Positions 8,709 through 17,549 of a DNA stretch of 38,125 bases are shown here, piece by piece; position 1 is the first letter of the stretch, and every line of letters starts with the position of its first letter. Origin of the DNA: a virus (Duplodnaviria > Caudoviricetes). The DNA is taken from positions 1 to 38,125 of IMG/VR virus record IMGVR_UViG_3300038809_000043; one strand, written 5' to 3'. Below the pieces are notes generated by a model that was not told the origin of the DNA, searched no databases, and was given only the letters and a program-made list of their open reading frames with translations. The translations under genes and the position numbers were made by a program.

Positions 8709-9571
8709 CAGGTCCTCCGAGTGGCCCAGTAATCACCGATTGCACCGCCGACACCGGCAAGCGCGTTGTTCCAGGCCTGCCCCTGGCCGAGATAGGCCGA
8801 GGCGCGGGCGTTGCCTGCGTTGGCGAGCTGGTTGCCTACCTGAGCGCCAGTGTTCTGGCCTAGGTTGTTGAGCTCGCTGTTGGCTTGGCTGCCGAGGCCC
8901 GCCAGCCGGAAGAGGTTGTTTGCGGCGTTTCCGAAGGCCTTGGAGCCCAGATTGGAGGCAAAGGTCATCCGGTCTGCGTCGGCGCCACCGGAATACAGGC
9001 CGCCACGGGCTGCCGCCCCCCGGTCCAGCGCGTTGATACCTTCATCTCGGGCAACGAGGAAATCAGGGGTCTGATAGTAGGAGCTGAAATCCGGAGTGCC
9101 GCTGCCCGGATTCAAGACTCCACCGCCAGCCAGAGCGTTCCCGGTTCCGCCACCAGTCGAGAACTGCAGGCCACCCCCGCCGCCTGAGCTGCCGCTGCTG
9201 AAGAACCCCATAGGGTCGTAGCTTGTGCCCCCGAACTGCCCGGCGAGGTTGGCTGGGTCGGTCACCTTGTCGAAGAAGCTGCGCTTCTTCTTCTTGGCTG
9301 GCTCAGGGTTGCTGATCTGGATCCCGCTGGAGATGGGCGCCGAATAGGTCGGAAGCCCATACCACCCAGCCAGAACATTGAGCGCGCCATTGCCAGTCAC
9401 CTGATACGGCAGCGTGTCCGCACGGCTCTGGTTGTACATCGCCAGTTGCGCCCGGATGGCGTCCTGAGAGGCGTTAGACGCCGCATCGCCAGCACGGCCA
9501 GCCGCGTCGGACTGCATCTTGCCGCCGATCAGGCTTCCGGCCGCTCCTACAATTGCACCTGCAGCAGGCAT
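8708..9571 (-). CDS. DNA ejection protein, P22 gp7-like
   Basis: Hydrophobic GAIVGAAGSLIGG start, PYQVTG motif, AAARGGLYSG motif, LANAGNARASAY tail. Confidence 0.8.
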   Translation of the reverse strand: MPAAGAIVGAAGSLIGGKMQSDAAGRAGDAASNASQDAIRAQLAMYNQSRADTLPYQVTGNGALNVLAGWYGLPTYSAPISSGIQISNPEPAKKKKRSFFDKVTDPANLAGQFGGTSYDPMGFFSSGSSGGGGGLQFSTGGGTGNALAGGGVLNPGSGTPDFSSYYQTPDFLVARDEGINALDRGAAARGGLYSGGADADRMTFASNLGSKAFGNAANNLFRLAGLGSQANSELNNLGQNTGAQVGNQLANAGNARASAYLGQGQAWNNALAGVGGAIGDYWATRRT

Positions 9572-9572
9572 A

Positions 9573-10130
9573 TCAGCTCTCCAATACCGAGTAGTCGTCG
9601 TTTGTCACGGCCCAGCGATACGCCAGCCGTAGCCCTTTGTTCTTGTTGTCCAGCTCGCAGCAGCGCTTGAACGCCCACACAGGGCCGTCTGTGCCTCGTA
9701 CCCAGAGATCGATGTCCCAGCTGTAGTGCTTCACGTCGTGGGGCACACCGCCGCGCTGGAAGGCCTTCTCGGCCACGTAATCCAGGCGGAACCCGACGCG
9801 CTCGGTCAGCCGCATGGCCGGGATGTTGTCCACCGGCACCTTCGTGACGATCTTGGTCACCTCAGTGCCGCAGAACAGGTACTCAGCGGCCTGCGCACAG
9901 AACCCCGCCACGCCCTTGGAGTGCGGCAGGAACATCGTGTGCACCTCCACGACCCCATCACCCAGACGGTGGAAGAAGAACCCGCCGCCCTCAAACTCGA
10001 TCCCGATCCCCTGGTCGAAGATCCGAGCAAGCGGCAACGGCCCATCCACGCCGTCCGGGGCAATCCACGGACGCACGGCAGGGTGATCCATGACTTCCTG
10101 CAGGAAGCCTGGATCGGTTGCGATCTTCAT
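9573..10130 (-). CDS. GNAT-fold protein, P22 gp14-like
   Basis: VEVHTMFLP...KIVTKVPVDNIPAMRLTERVGF acetyltransferase-like pattern; position before gp7. Confidence 0.7.
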   Translation of the reverse strand: MKIATDPGFLQEVMDHPAVRPWIAPDGVDGPLPLARIFDQGIGIEFEGGGFFFHRLGDGVVEVHTMFLPHSKGVAGFCAQAAEYLFCGTEVTKIVTKVPVDNIPAMRLTERVGFRLDYVAEKAFQRGGVPHDVKHYSWDIDLWVRGTDGPVWAFKRCCELDNKNKGLRLAYRWAVTNDDYSVLES

Positions 10131-10357
10131 CAGTCGTCCGTCTGTTCCGGGGTCAGCACCGCGCCGATCACGTCGGTCTTGCGGGCAGAGGAAGTGGTGA
10201 ACTCAAAGATCCAGTTGCGCTTGCGGCCTAGGCGCATGTAGCGCTGGCGAACCTCGTACTCACCAGTAGCGCCCAGCGAACGCTCCTTCCAGTTAGACCA
10301 GTTCTGGCCCCGGTCGGTGCTGTACCGAAGTTTCAGGATGTGATCGGTATCGGCCAT
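10130..10357 (-). CDS. separately encoded C-terminal part of gp10-like tail hub (75 aa)
   Basis: LRYSTDRGQNWSNWKERSLGATGEYEVRQRYMRLGRKRNWIFEF matches the pattern of gp10-family C-termini; ATG 1 nt after upstream TGA. Confidence 0.75.
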   Translation of the reverse strand: MADTDHILKLRYSTDRGQNWSNWKERSLGATGEYEVRQRYMRLGRKRNWIFEFTTSSARKTDVIGAVLTPEQTDD

Positions 10358-10358
10358 G

Positions 10359-12731
10359 TCAGAGCACACAGGTTGCGTTGGCGTAGCTGGCCTCGTTTTG
10401 TCCGATAGCCACCATTCGGGCCAAAGACGGGGACCATGCCAAGAGGCGATAGGAATTCAGACCGGTATAGCCGGGCCACGTCAGTCCGCCATCCGTGCTG
10501 ACGCGCGTACTGGGCTGCGTTCCTTGTCCAACGGCTATCAATGCGTCCATCTCTGGAACATAGATCATGCTCGTCAGAGAGAGGCCGCCTACATTCAATC
10601 GAACCGTGAACGTAGAAAGGTCAGCGGTCTCGATGATGATTCCATCGTTCCGGTAGATGAAGAGCTTCTGTAGGCGCTCCACATACAGCAACCCGATAGC
10701 CCTGTTCCCGCCCCAAGATGGAACCTGGGTGGATGAAGTGTAGGGGCCAACGTCAATGGTTGACGTAGCGACCTTCCCGTCAAATCCCGAGATAAAGACG
10801 TACTTCCCGAGATGGGTCATATATGCCCAACTCGGCCCGCTACCTACGAGTGAGGCGAAACTAGTTCCACGCACCCAGTTGATTGCATCTACACCACCGC
10901 TCACTACGTTGGCGCCTTCGATTGCCAGGAACCCGCCGTTCACGAACTGCATTGACGCCAGGCTGATAATGAAGCTTGATCGGAGCGTTACGGTCTGGCC
11001 TCCATCGTCCGAGGACACAATCCCAGCATCACCAGCAAATGCCAGCACATGATTGGACGGATTCTCAGCTCCACTGAAGTAGTTCGCAGTTCCACTTTGC
11101 GGCCAAGAAATTCCGTCTGCACTGATCTTCCTCCCTGGGCCTGTACACGAGAAATACTTGCCCCAGAACGCGGACCAAAAGACCTGCCCAACGCCATAAG
11201 GTGATGCATACGGTCCACCTGCAAACCACGTGGTGAAGTTCCACGTCAGCGGCTTGATGGTGAACTGAGCTTGGAAGTTGGCGATGCGGCCGACGGCGTC
11301 GCGGGCCTGCGCAGAGACGGTGAAGGTTCCAACCTCGGGGCTAGGCCAGCTCAGGGCGCCGGACGGGCTGATGGTCAGCGTTACAGGGCCAGCAGACTTG
11401 CGAATGGTTACCGGAGTGGATCCACCCGTAGCCGTCAGGGTGGCGGTGTAGGTAGGGCCTGCGCAGGCATTGGCGAGAGTTCCGGACAGCGTCGGAGCGC
11501 CAGGGTACTGAGGGGCTGGGCCAAGCGGCGCCTGAGGGACCGTCGGCAGTGTGCCGGTGCCGAAGATCAGCTCGGCATTGGGGATGATCAACTGGCTCTG
11601 GTTGTCGTGCAGGACGCCCGTCACATGACGCCGGATCATCGGATCCCGGCCTTCAAGATAGTAGTCCCACTCAATGACCCAGATGCGGCCCGTCTGGAAG
11701 TCACCGCCGTACCACGTGTTTCCAGACTTCACGATGTGGCTCAGGCGCCAGCGATCCATGCCGAAGGATTGGCGGCGGGTCCACAGGCCGGTGACCACGT
11801 CATAGCCGAAGGTCAGCCCGCCCGGGAACGTCAGGTAGTAGACCTTATAGCCGCGATCCTCCCACACGTAGGAGATGGCCTCGGACCAGTTGAGTACGGC
11901 GATTGCCTTCTCAAGCGGCTGCGTCGAGATCCTCCGGGCTGCGTAGCCATCTGCCAGTCGGTAGACAATCCCATCATCGCCAAGCCAGAAGACGCTGTTG
12001 TCCAATTTCTGAATGGTGTGACGCGATGCGCATCCTCGCGCGATGGAACTCCTGCGATTCTGGAATGTCCCAGTGCTCTGCCCAGTATTGAAGAAGAACT
12101 CGGTAGTTCTCTGACCGAAAACTACTACCTCAGAGGCGTTTGATGCCAGGCCAACGATCTTGTCGGGCGATGCCTCAGCCTCATACCGATCAAGAGTGTT
12201 GTAGTCGGCGGCATCCGCCAGATTGGAGTGGAACCAATACCGGCCAAGCGGCTCGACCCCGAGCATGTAGGAGTCGAGGTAATCCGACGAGATCGAGCCC
12301 GGATAGCCCTCGTCCGTGATCTTGGCGAAGGTGTTGTCCACCGTGCTGTAGACGTACCCGCCACCACCCTGCCCGTTCTCGACCAGCAGCTGATAGCCGG
12401 TCTTGAACTGGTTGTGCGTCATCTGCACGCGGCTGACGCCAGGAATCAGACCGAGCGCGTCGACGCCGCCATCCACTCTCTTCCGGTACAGCGTCTGCCC
12501 AGAGACAAAGTAGAGCTGCCCCTCAAGATCGTGCATGCCACGGATCGGCGCGGAGCCAGCCCCCAGCCACAGGTTCTCCCGAAGGCCCGGGCACGTTTCC
12601 AGCTTCCACGGCGTGCGCGTTCCAGCAACCTCGGCACGGGTTGGCAGCCAGTTCACCGTGTCCTGGCACGACCACGGCAGGCTGTCGTCGGTGTAGAAGC
12701 CGCCAATGATCTCGATGGGGTTTGCGCGCAT
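10359..12731 (-). CDS. gp10-like tail hub N-terminal part fused to Ig-like domain and Asp-box beta-propeller (790 aa)
   Basis: Start ATG 12731 (TAATG); gp10 motifs PIRGMH, AEASPDKIV, VFGQRTTEFF, LDNSVFWLG, YYLTFP..TFGYD; after ELIFGTG comes a Pro linker, Ig-like strand pattern, then SxDGxxW repeats. Confidence 0.85.
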   Translation of the reverse strand: MRANPIEIIGGFYTDDSLPWSCQDTVNWLPTRAEVAGTRTPWKLETCPGLRENLWLGAGSAPIRGMHDLEGQLYFVSGQTLYRKRVDGGVDALGLIPGVSRVQMTHNQFKTGYQLLVENGQGGGGYVYSTVDNTFAKITDEGYPGSISSDYLDSYMLGVEPLGRYWFHSNLADAADYNTLDRYEAEASPDKIVGLASNASEVVVFGQRTTEFFFNTGQSTGTFQNRRSSIARGCASRHTIQKLDNSVFWLGDDGIVYRLADGYAARRISTQPLEKAIAVLNWSEAISYVWEDRGYKVYYLTFPGGLTFGYDVVTGLWTRRQSFGMDRWRLSHIVKSGNTWYGGDFQTGRIWVIEWDYYLEGRDPMIRRHVTGVLHDNQSQLIIPNAELIFGTGTLPTVPQAPLGPAPQYPGAPTLSGTLANACAGPTYTATLTATGGSTPVTIRKSAGPVTLTISPSGALSWPSPEVGTFTVSAQARDAVGRIANFQAQFTIKPLTWNFTTWFAGGPYASPYGVGQVFWSAFWGKYFSCTGPGRKISADGISWPQSGTANYFSGAENPSNHVLAFAGDAGIVSSDDGGQTVTLRSSFIISLASMQFVNGGFLAIEGANVVSGGVDAINWVRGTSFASLVGSGPSWAYMTHLGKYVFISGFDGKVATSTIDVGPYTSSTQVPSWGGNRAIGLLYVERLQKLFIYRNDGIIIETADLSTFTVRLNVGGLSLTSMIYVPEMDALIAVGQGTQPSTRVSTDGGLTWPGYTGLNSYRLLAWSPSLARMVAIGQNEASYANATCVL

Positions 12732-13144
12732 TAGCGGTAGTGCCCCTCGTACCAAGCGCCCCACGGCTGGCCTTGGCCGACCGGGAGATCAGGGTAGGAA
12801 ATGCGGGAGTAGTCAGCAGACGCGACCTGAGCGCGGAGATTGCCCAATAGGTCTTGCGCCATCTGGAACACGTCCGGATCCAGCGCAACGCCGTACTTAG
12901 CGCGCAGGCGTGTGGCGAGAAGGTACGTGATCGCTTCCTCAGCTTCCGGAAGCACCGGCATCACATCGTCGGGCACCGAAACCGGCGACCAGCCAAGGCT
13001 CAAGCCCTCAGCCTCCAGCGTGGTCATCATCAGGTTCAGAGCGCGGATCGCGTCCTCTGCATCCTTGGCTTCCGGTGCTTCATCAGCGTCAACGACGCGG
13101 AGAAGCAGCAGAGAATCGCGGATGACCTCGCTGACCTTGCTCAT
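12731..13144 (-). CDS. head-tail adaptor, P22 gp4-like
   Basis: VIRDSLLLLRVV...DAIRALNLMM...AITYLLATRLRAKYG; synteny between coat and gp10. Confidence 0.8.
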   Translation of the reverse strand: MSKVSEVIRDSLLLLRVVDADEAPEAKDAEDAIRALNLMMTTLEAEGLSLGWSPVSVPDDVMPVLPEAEEAITYLLATRLRAKYGVALDPDVFQMAQDLLGNLRAQVASADYSRISYPDLPVGQGQPWGAWYEGHYR

Positions 13145-13353
13145 TGGGCGGCCTTCGGCTTCGGACCGGGCTTCTTGCGCTCCTTCACCGGCTCGTCAGC
13201 GGTGGCAGGCGCAGCTTCAGCCTTGGCAGCGGCCTTCTTGCCATAGGCAAAGAAGCCATCCTTCGCAGCCTCAGCCTCGCACTCGGCGTCGTCCACGATC
13301 CGCCACTCAGCAGCTAGATCGCCGCCGAGATAGATCATCTTGGGGAATTCCAT
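13141..13353 (-). CDS. hypothetical virion-cluster protein (70 aa)
   Basis: EFPKMIY...IVDDAECE...RKKPGPKPK; GGAGG SD; typical small gene after P22-like coat. Confidence 0.7.
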   Translation of the reverse strand: MEFPKMIYLGGDLAAEWRIVDDAECEAEAAKDGFFAYGKKAAAKAEAAPATADEPVKERKKPGPKPKAAQ

Positions 13354-13362
13354 GAGCCCTCC

Positions 13363-13395
13363 AAAAAGAAGGGGGCGACCAAGACGGCCGCCCCC
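13363..13395 (-). terminator. Rho-independent terminator after coat gene
   Basis: Minus strand GGGGGCGGCC-GTCTT-GGTCGCCCCC-TTCTTTTT. Confidence 0.75.
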
Positions 13396-13403
13396 GTTGG
13401 GCG

Positions 13404-14612
13404 TTACTGGGTGACGCGGCAGGAGTGATCCGGACGGACGGCTGCCGGAAGGGCGAACAGAACGTCGATTCGGGTGTTTTCCTGGTCGGTGAGGCCGTTA
13501 CCGAAGCTCATCACGCGGCACGACACGTTGCCGATCTTCGAGGTGTAGCCCTCGCAGGACGCCAGGACCGGCAGCGGGACGAACGCCGAGGCGAACGCAT
13601 CGCGGTGGAACACCAGGTTCTGGACGCGGCCCGAGGAAGCGGTGCCGAAGATCGTGATGACGGCGGAGGCCGCAGGCGAGGCGGTAACGGTGCCGATGAC
13701 GCTGGCGCTGGTCGGGATGATGGCCGGGAAGATCTGCACATTGCCCGCGCCGCCCGCATAGTTCGCGGTCACACGGAAGTAGCGCGGAACACCCATGTCA
13801 GCGCCGGTGATCGGATGCACCGCATTGACGCCTGCGATGCTGATGATCGAGCCAGCGGTGATCGCGCCCGTACCAGCGGTGACAGCCAGCGAGGTGCCGG
13901 TCTGGCCTGCAGCGTTGACGGTGTAACCAGCACCAGCGCCGTTGGTCTGCACCGGCAGCGACAGCTGCTTGTGGAACTCCAGACCAGCGAACTTGCCTAC
14001 GGCGTTCTCGCTGAACTCGCCACGCAGCTCATCAGCGGTGTGGAACAGCGGCGCATTGGCCTCGGCCAGAGCGTCGTTGGCATCCACCGAGAAGTGCGCG
14101 TAACGCTCGTCTTCCGGAGCCAGGAAGCGATCCAGCATCGAAGACGCATTTCGCCACGGGGTGCGGGTGGCCGGGACGGTGCCCCAGGTGCCGACGACGT
14201 TGGAGGTCTGCGCCACCATCGAAGCCAGCAGCACCTGGTTGATCTTGCTGTTCAGCGACGACATGGCCGGACGCAGGAAGCGCTCGCGGAACCGGCTCAG
14301 CTCCAGCTTCTTCTCCTTGGCGGTGAAGGTCAGCGGGACGTGCAGCTGCTGGTCCACGGTCAGGTTGACCGAGGTTTCGTTGACTGCCGGAGCAGCGCCG
14401 CCGCCAGCGAAGTTGGAGCCGGTGTAGGTGACGGGGGTCGGCGGGATCATGACCCGGACCGAATCGCCCTTCTTGTAGCCGTTCACTTCCTCGCTGAACT
14501 CGACTTCTCGGTCCAGGTTGATGTTGCGGACAACGCTGTTCTCTTCCCACAGGATCTTGGCCGCCTCGCGGGCGATCATCTGGTGGGTCAGCGCCTGATT
14601 GACGTTTGCCAT
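13404..14612 (-). CDS. major capsid protein, P22 gp5 family
   Basis: KKGDSVRV, QQLHVPLTFT, ERFLRPAM, NLVFHRDAFA, RIDVLF; position after scaffold. Confidence 0.9.
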   Translation of the reverse strand: MANVNQALTHQMIAREAAKILWEENSVVRNINLDREVEFSEEVNGYKKGDSVRVMIPPTPVTYTGSNFAGGGAAPAVNETSVNLTVDQQLHVPLTFTAKEKKLELSRFRERFLRPAMSSLNSKINQVLLASMVAQTSNVVGTWGTVPATRTPWRNASSMLDRFLAPEDERYAHFSVDANDALAEANAPLFHTADELRGEFSENAVGKFAGLEFHKQLSLPVQTNGAGAGYTVNAAGQTGTSLAVTAGTGAITAGSIISIAGVNAVHPITGADMGVPRYFRVTANYAGGAGNVQIFPAIIPTSASVIGTVTASPAASAVITIFGTASSGRVQNLVFHRDAFASAFVPLPVLASCEGYTSKIGNVSCRVMSFGNGLTDQENTRIDVLFALPAAVRPDHSCRVTQ

Positions 14613-14630
14613 TGCGTATTCCTCGATTGG

Positions 14631-15497
14631 TTATCGCTTGCGGCGCTGTTCGCGATCCCGGCGATACCACTCGTCATCGGTCAGCTTTTCCGAAGGGGTT
14701 TCAGTCGGAGCGCGACCACTGACGCGTGGAGCCGGTGCGGGCGCCTGCGAAATGGGCTTGTTGGTTGGGGTTGGCGCGAATGCCGGGGGAGCCGTTTCGG
14801 CTTCCTGAGTCGGCGGCGCTGCGTCCAGGCGCGATGCGTAGCGGGCGACTGCCAGCTCCATCAGTTCCGGCCGGGTTGAGGCCAGCTGGAACAGCTCGTC
14901 CTCGTTCAAGGCGAGCTTGTAGGCGATCTCAGGGCCACGTTCGTGGACCATCACCGCCTTCTGCAGCTCAACGGGCAGGAGTTGCTGCGGGATGCCCGAA
15001 ACGACCTCTTCGAAGTCCGGGTTCTGCGATGCGAAGGCCTGCGCACGATTCATGTACGTCTGGACCTTCTCCTGCTCCGAGCGGGCTGCAGACTCGGATT
15101 TCTGCTGCTCTTCCCACTGCTGGCGCGCCTGCTGGACCTCGTAGCGGGCCGTCTGTCGGGCCAGCTCTTCGGGGTCGAAGCCTGCGGTTTCCATCGTGGG
15201 CGGCTTGGCTTCCTGCTTGGGGAAGCGGGACTCAATCGCGTCGAGGCGCTTTCGCAGCTCGGCGTTTTCGCGGCGTGTCGCATCTGCGTCGCCCTTCAGC
15301 CGATCGATGTATTGGCTGGTTCGGTTCTTGCGCTTGGTGGCCTCTTCCTCTGCCTTCTTGGCTTCGGCCTCCTTCGCCTTGTCAGCCTCTTGCGTGGCAA
15401 CCTGTTCCTGCTGGGCAGCTTCCGCATCGTTCTTGGGCTGAGTTGCTGGCAATGCTTCGCCGCCACCCTGTTCAAGGGTGTTGTTCTCGTCGCTCAT
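14631..15497 (-). CDS. scaffolding protein
   Basis: Highly charged helical protein, GPEIAYKLA, C-terminal TDDEWYRRDREQRRKR; between portal and coat. Confidence 0.8.
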   Translation of the reverse strand: MSDENNTLEQGGGEALPATQPKNDAEAAQQEQVATQEADKAKEAEAKKAEEEATKRKNRTSQYIDRLKGDADATRRENAELRKRLDAIESRFPKQEAKPPTMETAGFDPEELARQTARYEVQQARQQWEEQQKSESAARSEQEKVQTYMNRAQAFASQNPDFEEVVSGIPQQLLPVELQKAVMVHERGPEIAYKLALNEDELFQLASTRPELMELAVARYASRLDAAPPTQEAETAPPAFAPTPTNKPISQAPAPAPRVSGRAPTETPSEKLTDDEWYRRDREQRRKR

Positions 15498-15536
15498 GTC
15501 TTCCTCTCGGGATTCGGCCTGACCGGGCCGATGCGG

Positions 15537-17549
15537 TCAGACGGGGAAGCCGCCTGTTTCTTCGGACACAAAAAAACCGCCCGGAGGCGGTTGATTCATC
15601 TGCATGGGTTGCGGCTGTGGCGGAGGCCCGAGAAGCGCCATTCCGGCTGCGTTCTCCAAGGCCTGACCGATGGCCTGTTCGCCGTAGAGCTGGGCCTGCG
15701 CCTGAGACCTCTGGGCGTCTGCATCGTCCTTCTTTGCTTCGGCCAGCATCTTCGGATCGGGCTGCTGCGGCTCTGGCGGCTGCTCTCCTTCCTTGGGCTG
15801 CAGGACGCCACCGCTGACTAGGATCTGGCGGAAGGCGCTGTCTACATCTTCCATGCCAGGGAGGTCCATATTCTTGATTGCCGAGTAGGCCATCAGAGAG
15901 GCAATCGGCGGCGGCAGGCCTGGGCCCATCTGACCCAGCAGGGTGGTGAAGGCATCGACTGCCTCCATGCGCTGCGTGGCGAAGCTGGGGCCGACCGTGA
16001 TCGTCACGTCGTACTTCCCCTTGCTCAGGTCGTTCAGGGTGACCGTCTGGCCGGTCCGAGGGTCAGTCACCTGCTGATACAGCTGCTTCCACTTCTCGCC
16101 GCCATCGGGCCCTAGAATTCGTACGACCCGAGGCGTGTCCATGACGCGAGGAATCATGTCAACAAGGATCTTGTAGGTGTGGCGCATGGCATAACCAAAG
16201 TTGTCCACGTAATTGAACGTGGCCGTGGCTCCCTGCTGCTGACGCGCCAGGATCCCGCGCCCGCTGGTTTCGTTCGACCGGGCGCCAAGGCTGGCGTCAT
16301 AGATGCCGGTGTTGGCCTTGATGTCCTCGTTGTCGAGGGCCGACAGCTGGAGGAGGGCTGCGGGGATTTCTGCCTGGGCAGCGCGCTGCGGCATGGCGTC
16401 TGCCTCGTCGTGCACAGGCAGATAGGGGTAATCCTCAGCGTTCGCGTTACGCCAGAATCGCTCGAATCCCTTGATCCACTTGCTCTTTACAATGAACGGC
16501 GCCTTGGGGGACTTCGCCACCGCCTCAATGGCGGCCGTCCGGTGGACGTTGTGCAGGCGCTGCTGGTCCTTGCTCGGGCGCACCATGCCGAACCAGTAGT
16601 CTTGGCCATCGATGCTGGTGATGTTCCCCCAGCACGGAACGATGGGGATGTACTTGGACGGGAACTCGTATGGATCGGTCAGCCACTCATTGCCGTTGGT
16701 CATCCGCATCTTCACAACGTGCGAATCGACCTCTCGGCGCTTGGCGACGGCGATCCCTTCGTTGGCAAGAAGAGCCTCAAGCGTCAGCGCATCAGCCGGC
16801 TGCCCCTGATCCTTGGCGCGCTTCTCCAGCTCCTCGACCGAGACGACTGCGCCATTGGACAGCGCCCACATTTCGACCTTGATCGGATCCTTGTACCAGT
16901 ACTCTGCGATCAAGACCTGGTTCTTCTCGCGCCAGGTGACGCAGTCGTGGTTGTCCTCCCAATCCGAGATGCTGGCGTTGGGCCAGCGGCGTTCAAAGTC
17001 GTCCTTGGAGACCAGCTCTTCCACAAAGGCGAAACCAGCGTCGGAGCGATCGATCTCAATGGCGGCCGGGTCGAACTTCACCGCAAACGGGTTACGGATC
17101 GGCTCGATGAAGATGTCCTGCTCAAAGTCCTCGTCGTTCAGGTAGTCGGTGCAGATGCGCCATGCACCGAACCCACCCTTTACCGCGAAGTCATAGCCGA
17201 TGTCATAGGCCTGATCGGCGTTGCTGACCGACTCGATGTTCCGGCACAGGCCCTGCATGATCTCGGCCAGGCCAGCATCGCCCTCTTCCGTACCGCGAAC
17301 CTTGCCCTGAGGCCGGTTCTGGCGCATCTCGTTGACGACCTGGCGCACATGCGAGGCCAGCTTCGGGAACTCATACGTCGGGCGATCACCGCGCCGCGCC
17401 TTGAGCTTCTCGTCCCACTGCGCGCCCGGCACCGTCACAAAACGAACGTCGTCGCGGGCCTTGTCGTACAGCTCCACGCAGGCTTCGGACGCAAGATCCC
17501 TGCGCTTGAGCATTTCAGCCAGCGCATCGTCCCGCTTCTTCTCGGCCAT
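15537..17549 (-). CDS. portal protein, P22 gp1 family
   Basis: GAQW, GGFGAWRI, YIPIVPCWG, GMVRPSKDQQRLHN, SNETSG, GKYDVTITVGPSFATQR; 670 aa after terL. Confidence 0.92.
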   Translation of the reverse strand: MAEKKRDDALAEMLKRRDLASEACVELYDKARDDVRFVTVPGAQWDEKLKARRGDRPTYEFPKLASHVRQVVNEMRQNRPQGKVRGTEEGDAGLAEIMQGLCRNIESVSNADQAYDIGYDFAVKGGFGAWRICTDYLNDEDFEQDIFIEPIRNPFAVKFDPAAIEIDRSDAGFAFVEELVSKDDFERRWPNASISDWEDNHDCVTWREKNQVLIAEYWYKDPIKVEMWALSNGAVVSVEELEKRAKDQGQPADALTLEALLANEGIAVAKRREVDSHVVKMRMTNGNEWLTDPYEFPSKYIPIVPCWGNITSIDGQDYWFGMVRPSKDQQRLHNVHRTAAIEAVAKSPKAPFIVKSKWIKGFERFWRNANAEDYPYLPVHDEADAMPQRAAQAEIPAALLQLSALDNEDIKANTGIYDASLGARSNETSGRGILARQQQGATATFNYVDNFGYAMRHTYKILVDMIPRVMDTPRVVRILGPDGGEKWKQLYQQVTDPRTGQTVTLNDLSKGKYDVTITVGPSFATQRMEAVDAFTTLLGQMGPGLPPPIASLMAYSAIKNMDLPGMEDVDSAFRQILVSGGVLQPKEGEQPPEPQQPDPKMLAEAKKDDADAQRSQAQAQLYGEQAIGQALENAAGMALLGPPPQPQPMQMNQPPPGGFFVSEETGGFPV
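15570..15592 (-). terminator. terminator-like hairpin inside the 3' end of portal
   Basis: Minus strand AACCGCC-TCCG-GGCGGTT-TTTTT (encodes QPPPGGFF). Confidence 0.6.

Noticed and set aside
9270-9300. KKKKR basic patch in gp7-like protein as a nuclear-localisation-like signal
   Set aside because: A short basic run in a variable loop of a bacteriophage protein; no support for such a function
10359-11552. Intein or self-splicing intron as explanation of the gp10 insert
   Set aside because: No C/S…HN intein ends or homing nuclease motifs; the insert reads as Ig plus propeller and ends in a stop codon; no intron core recognised
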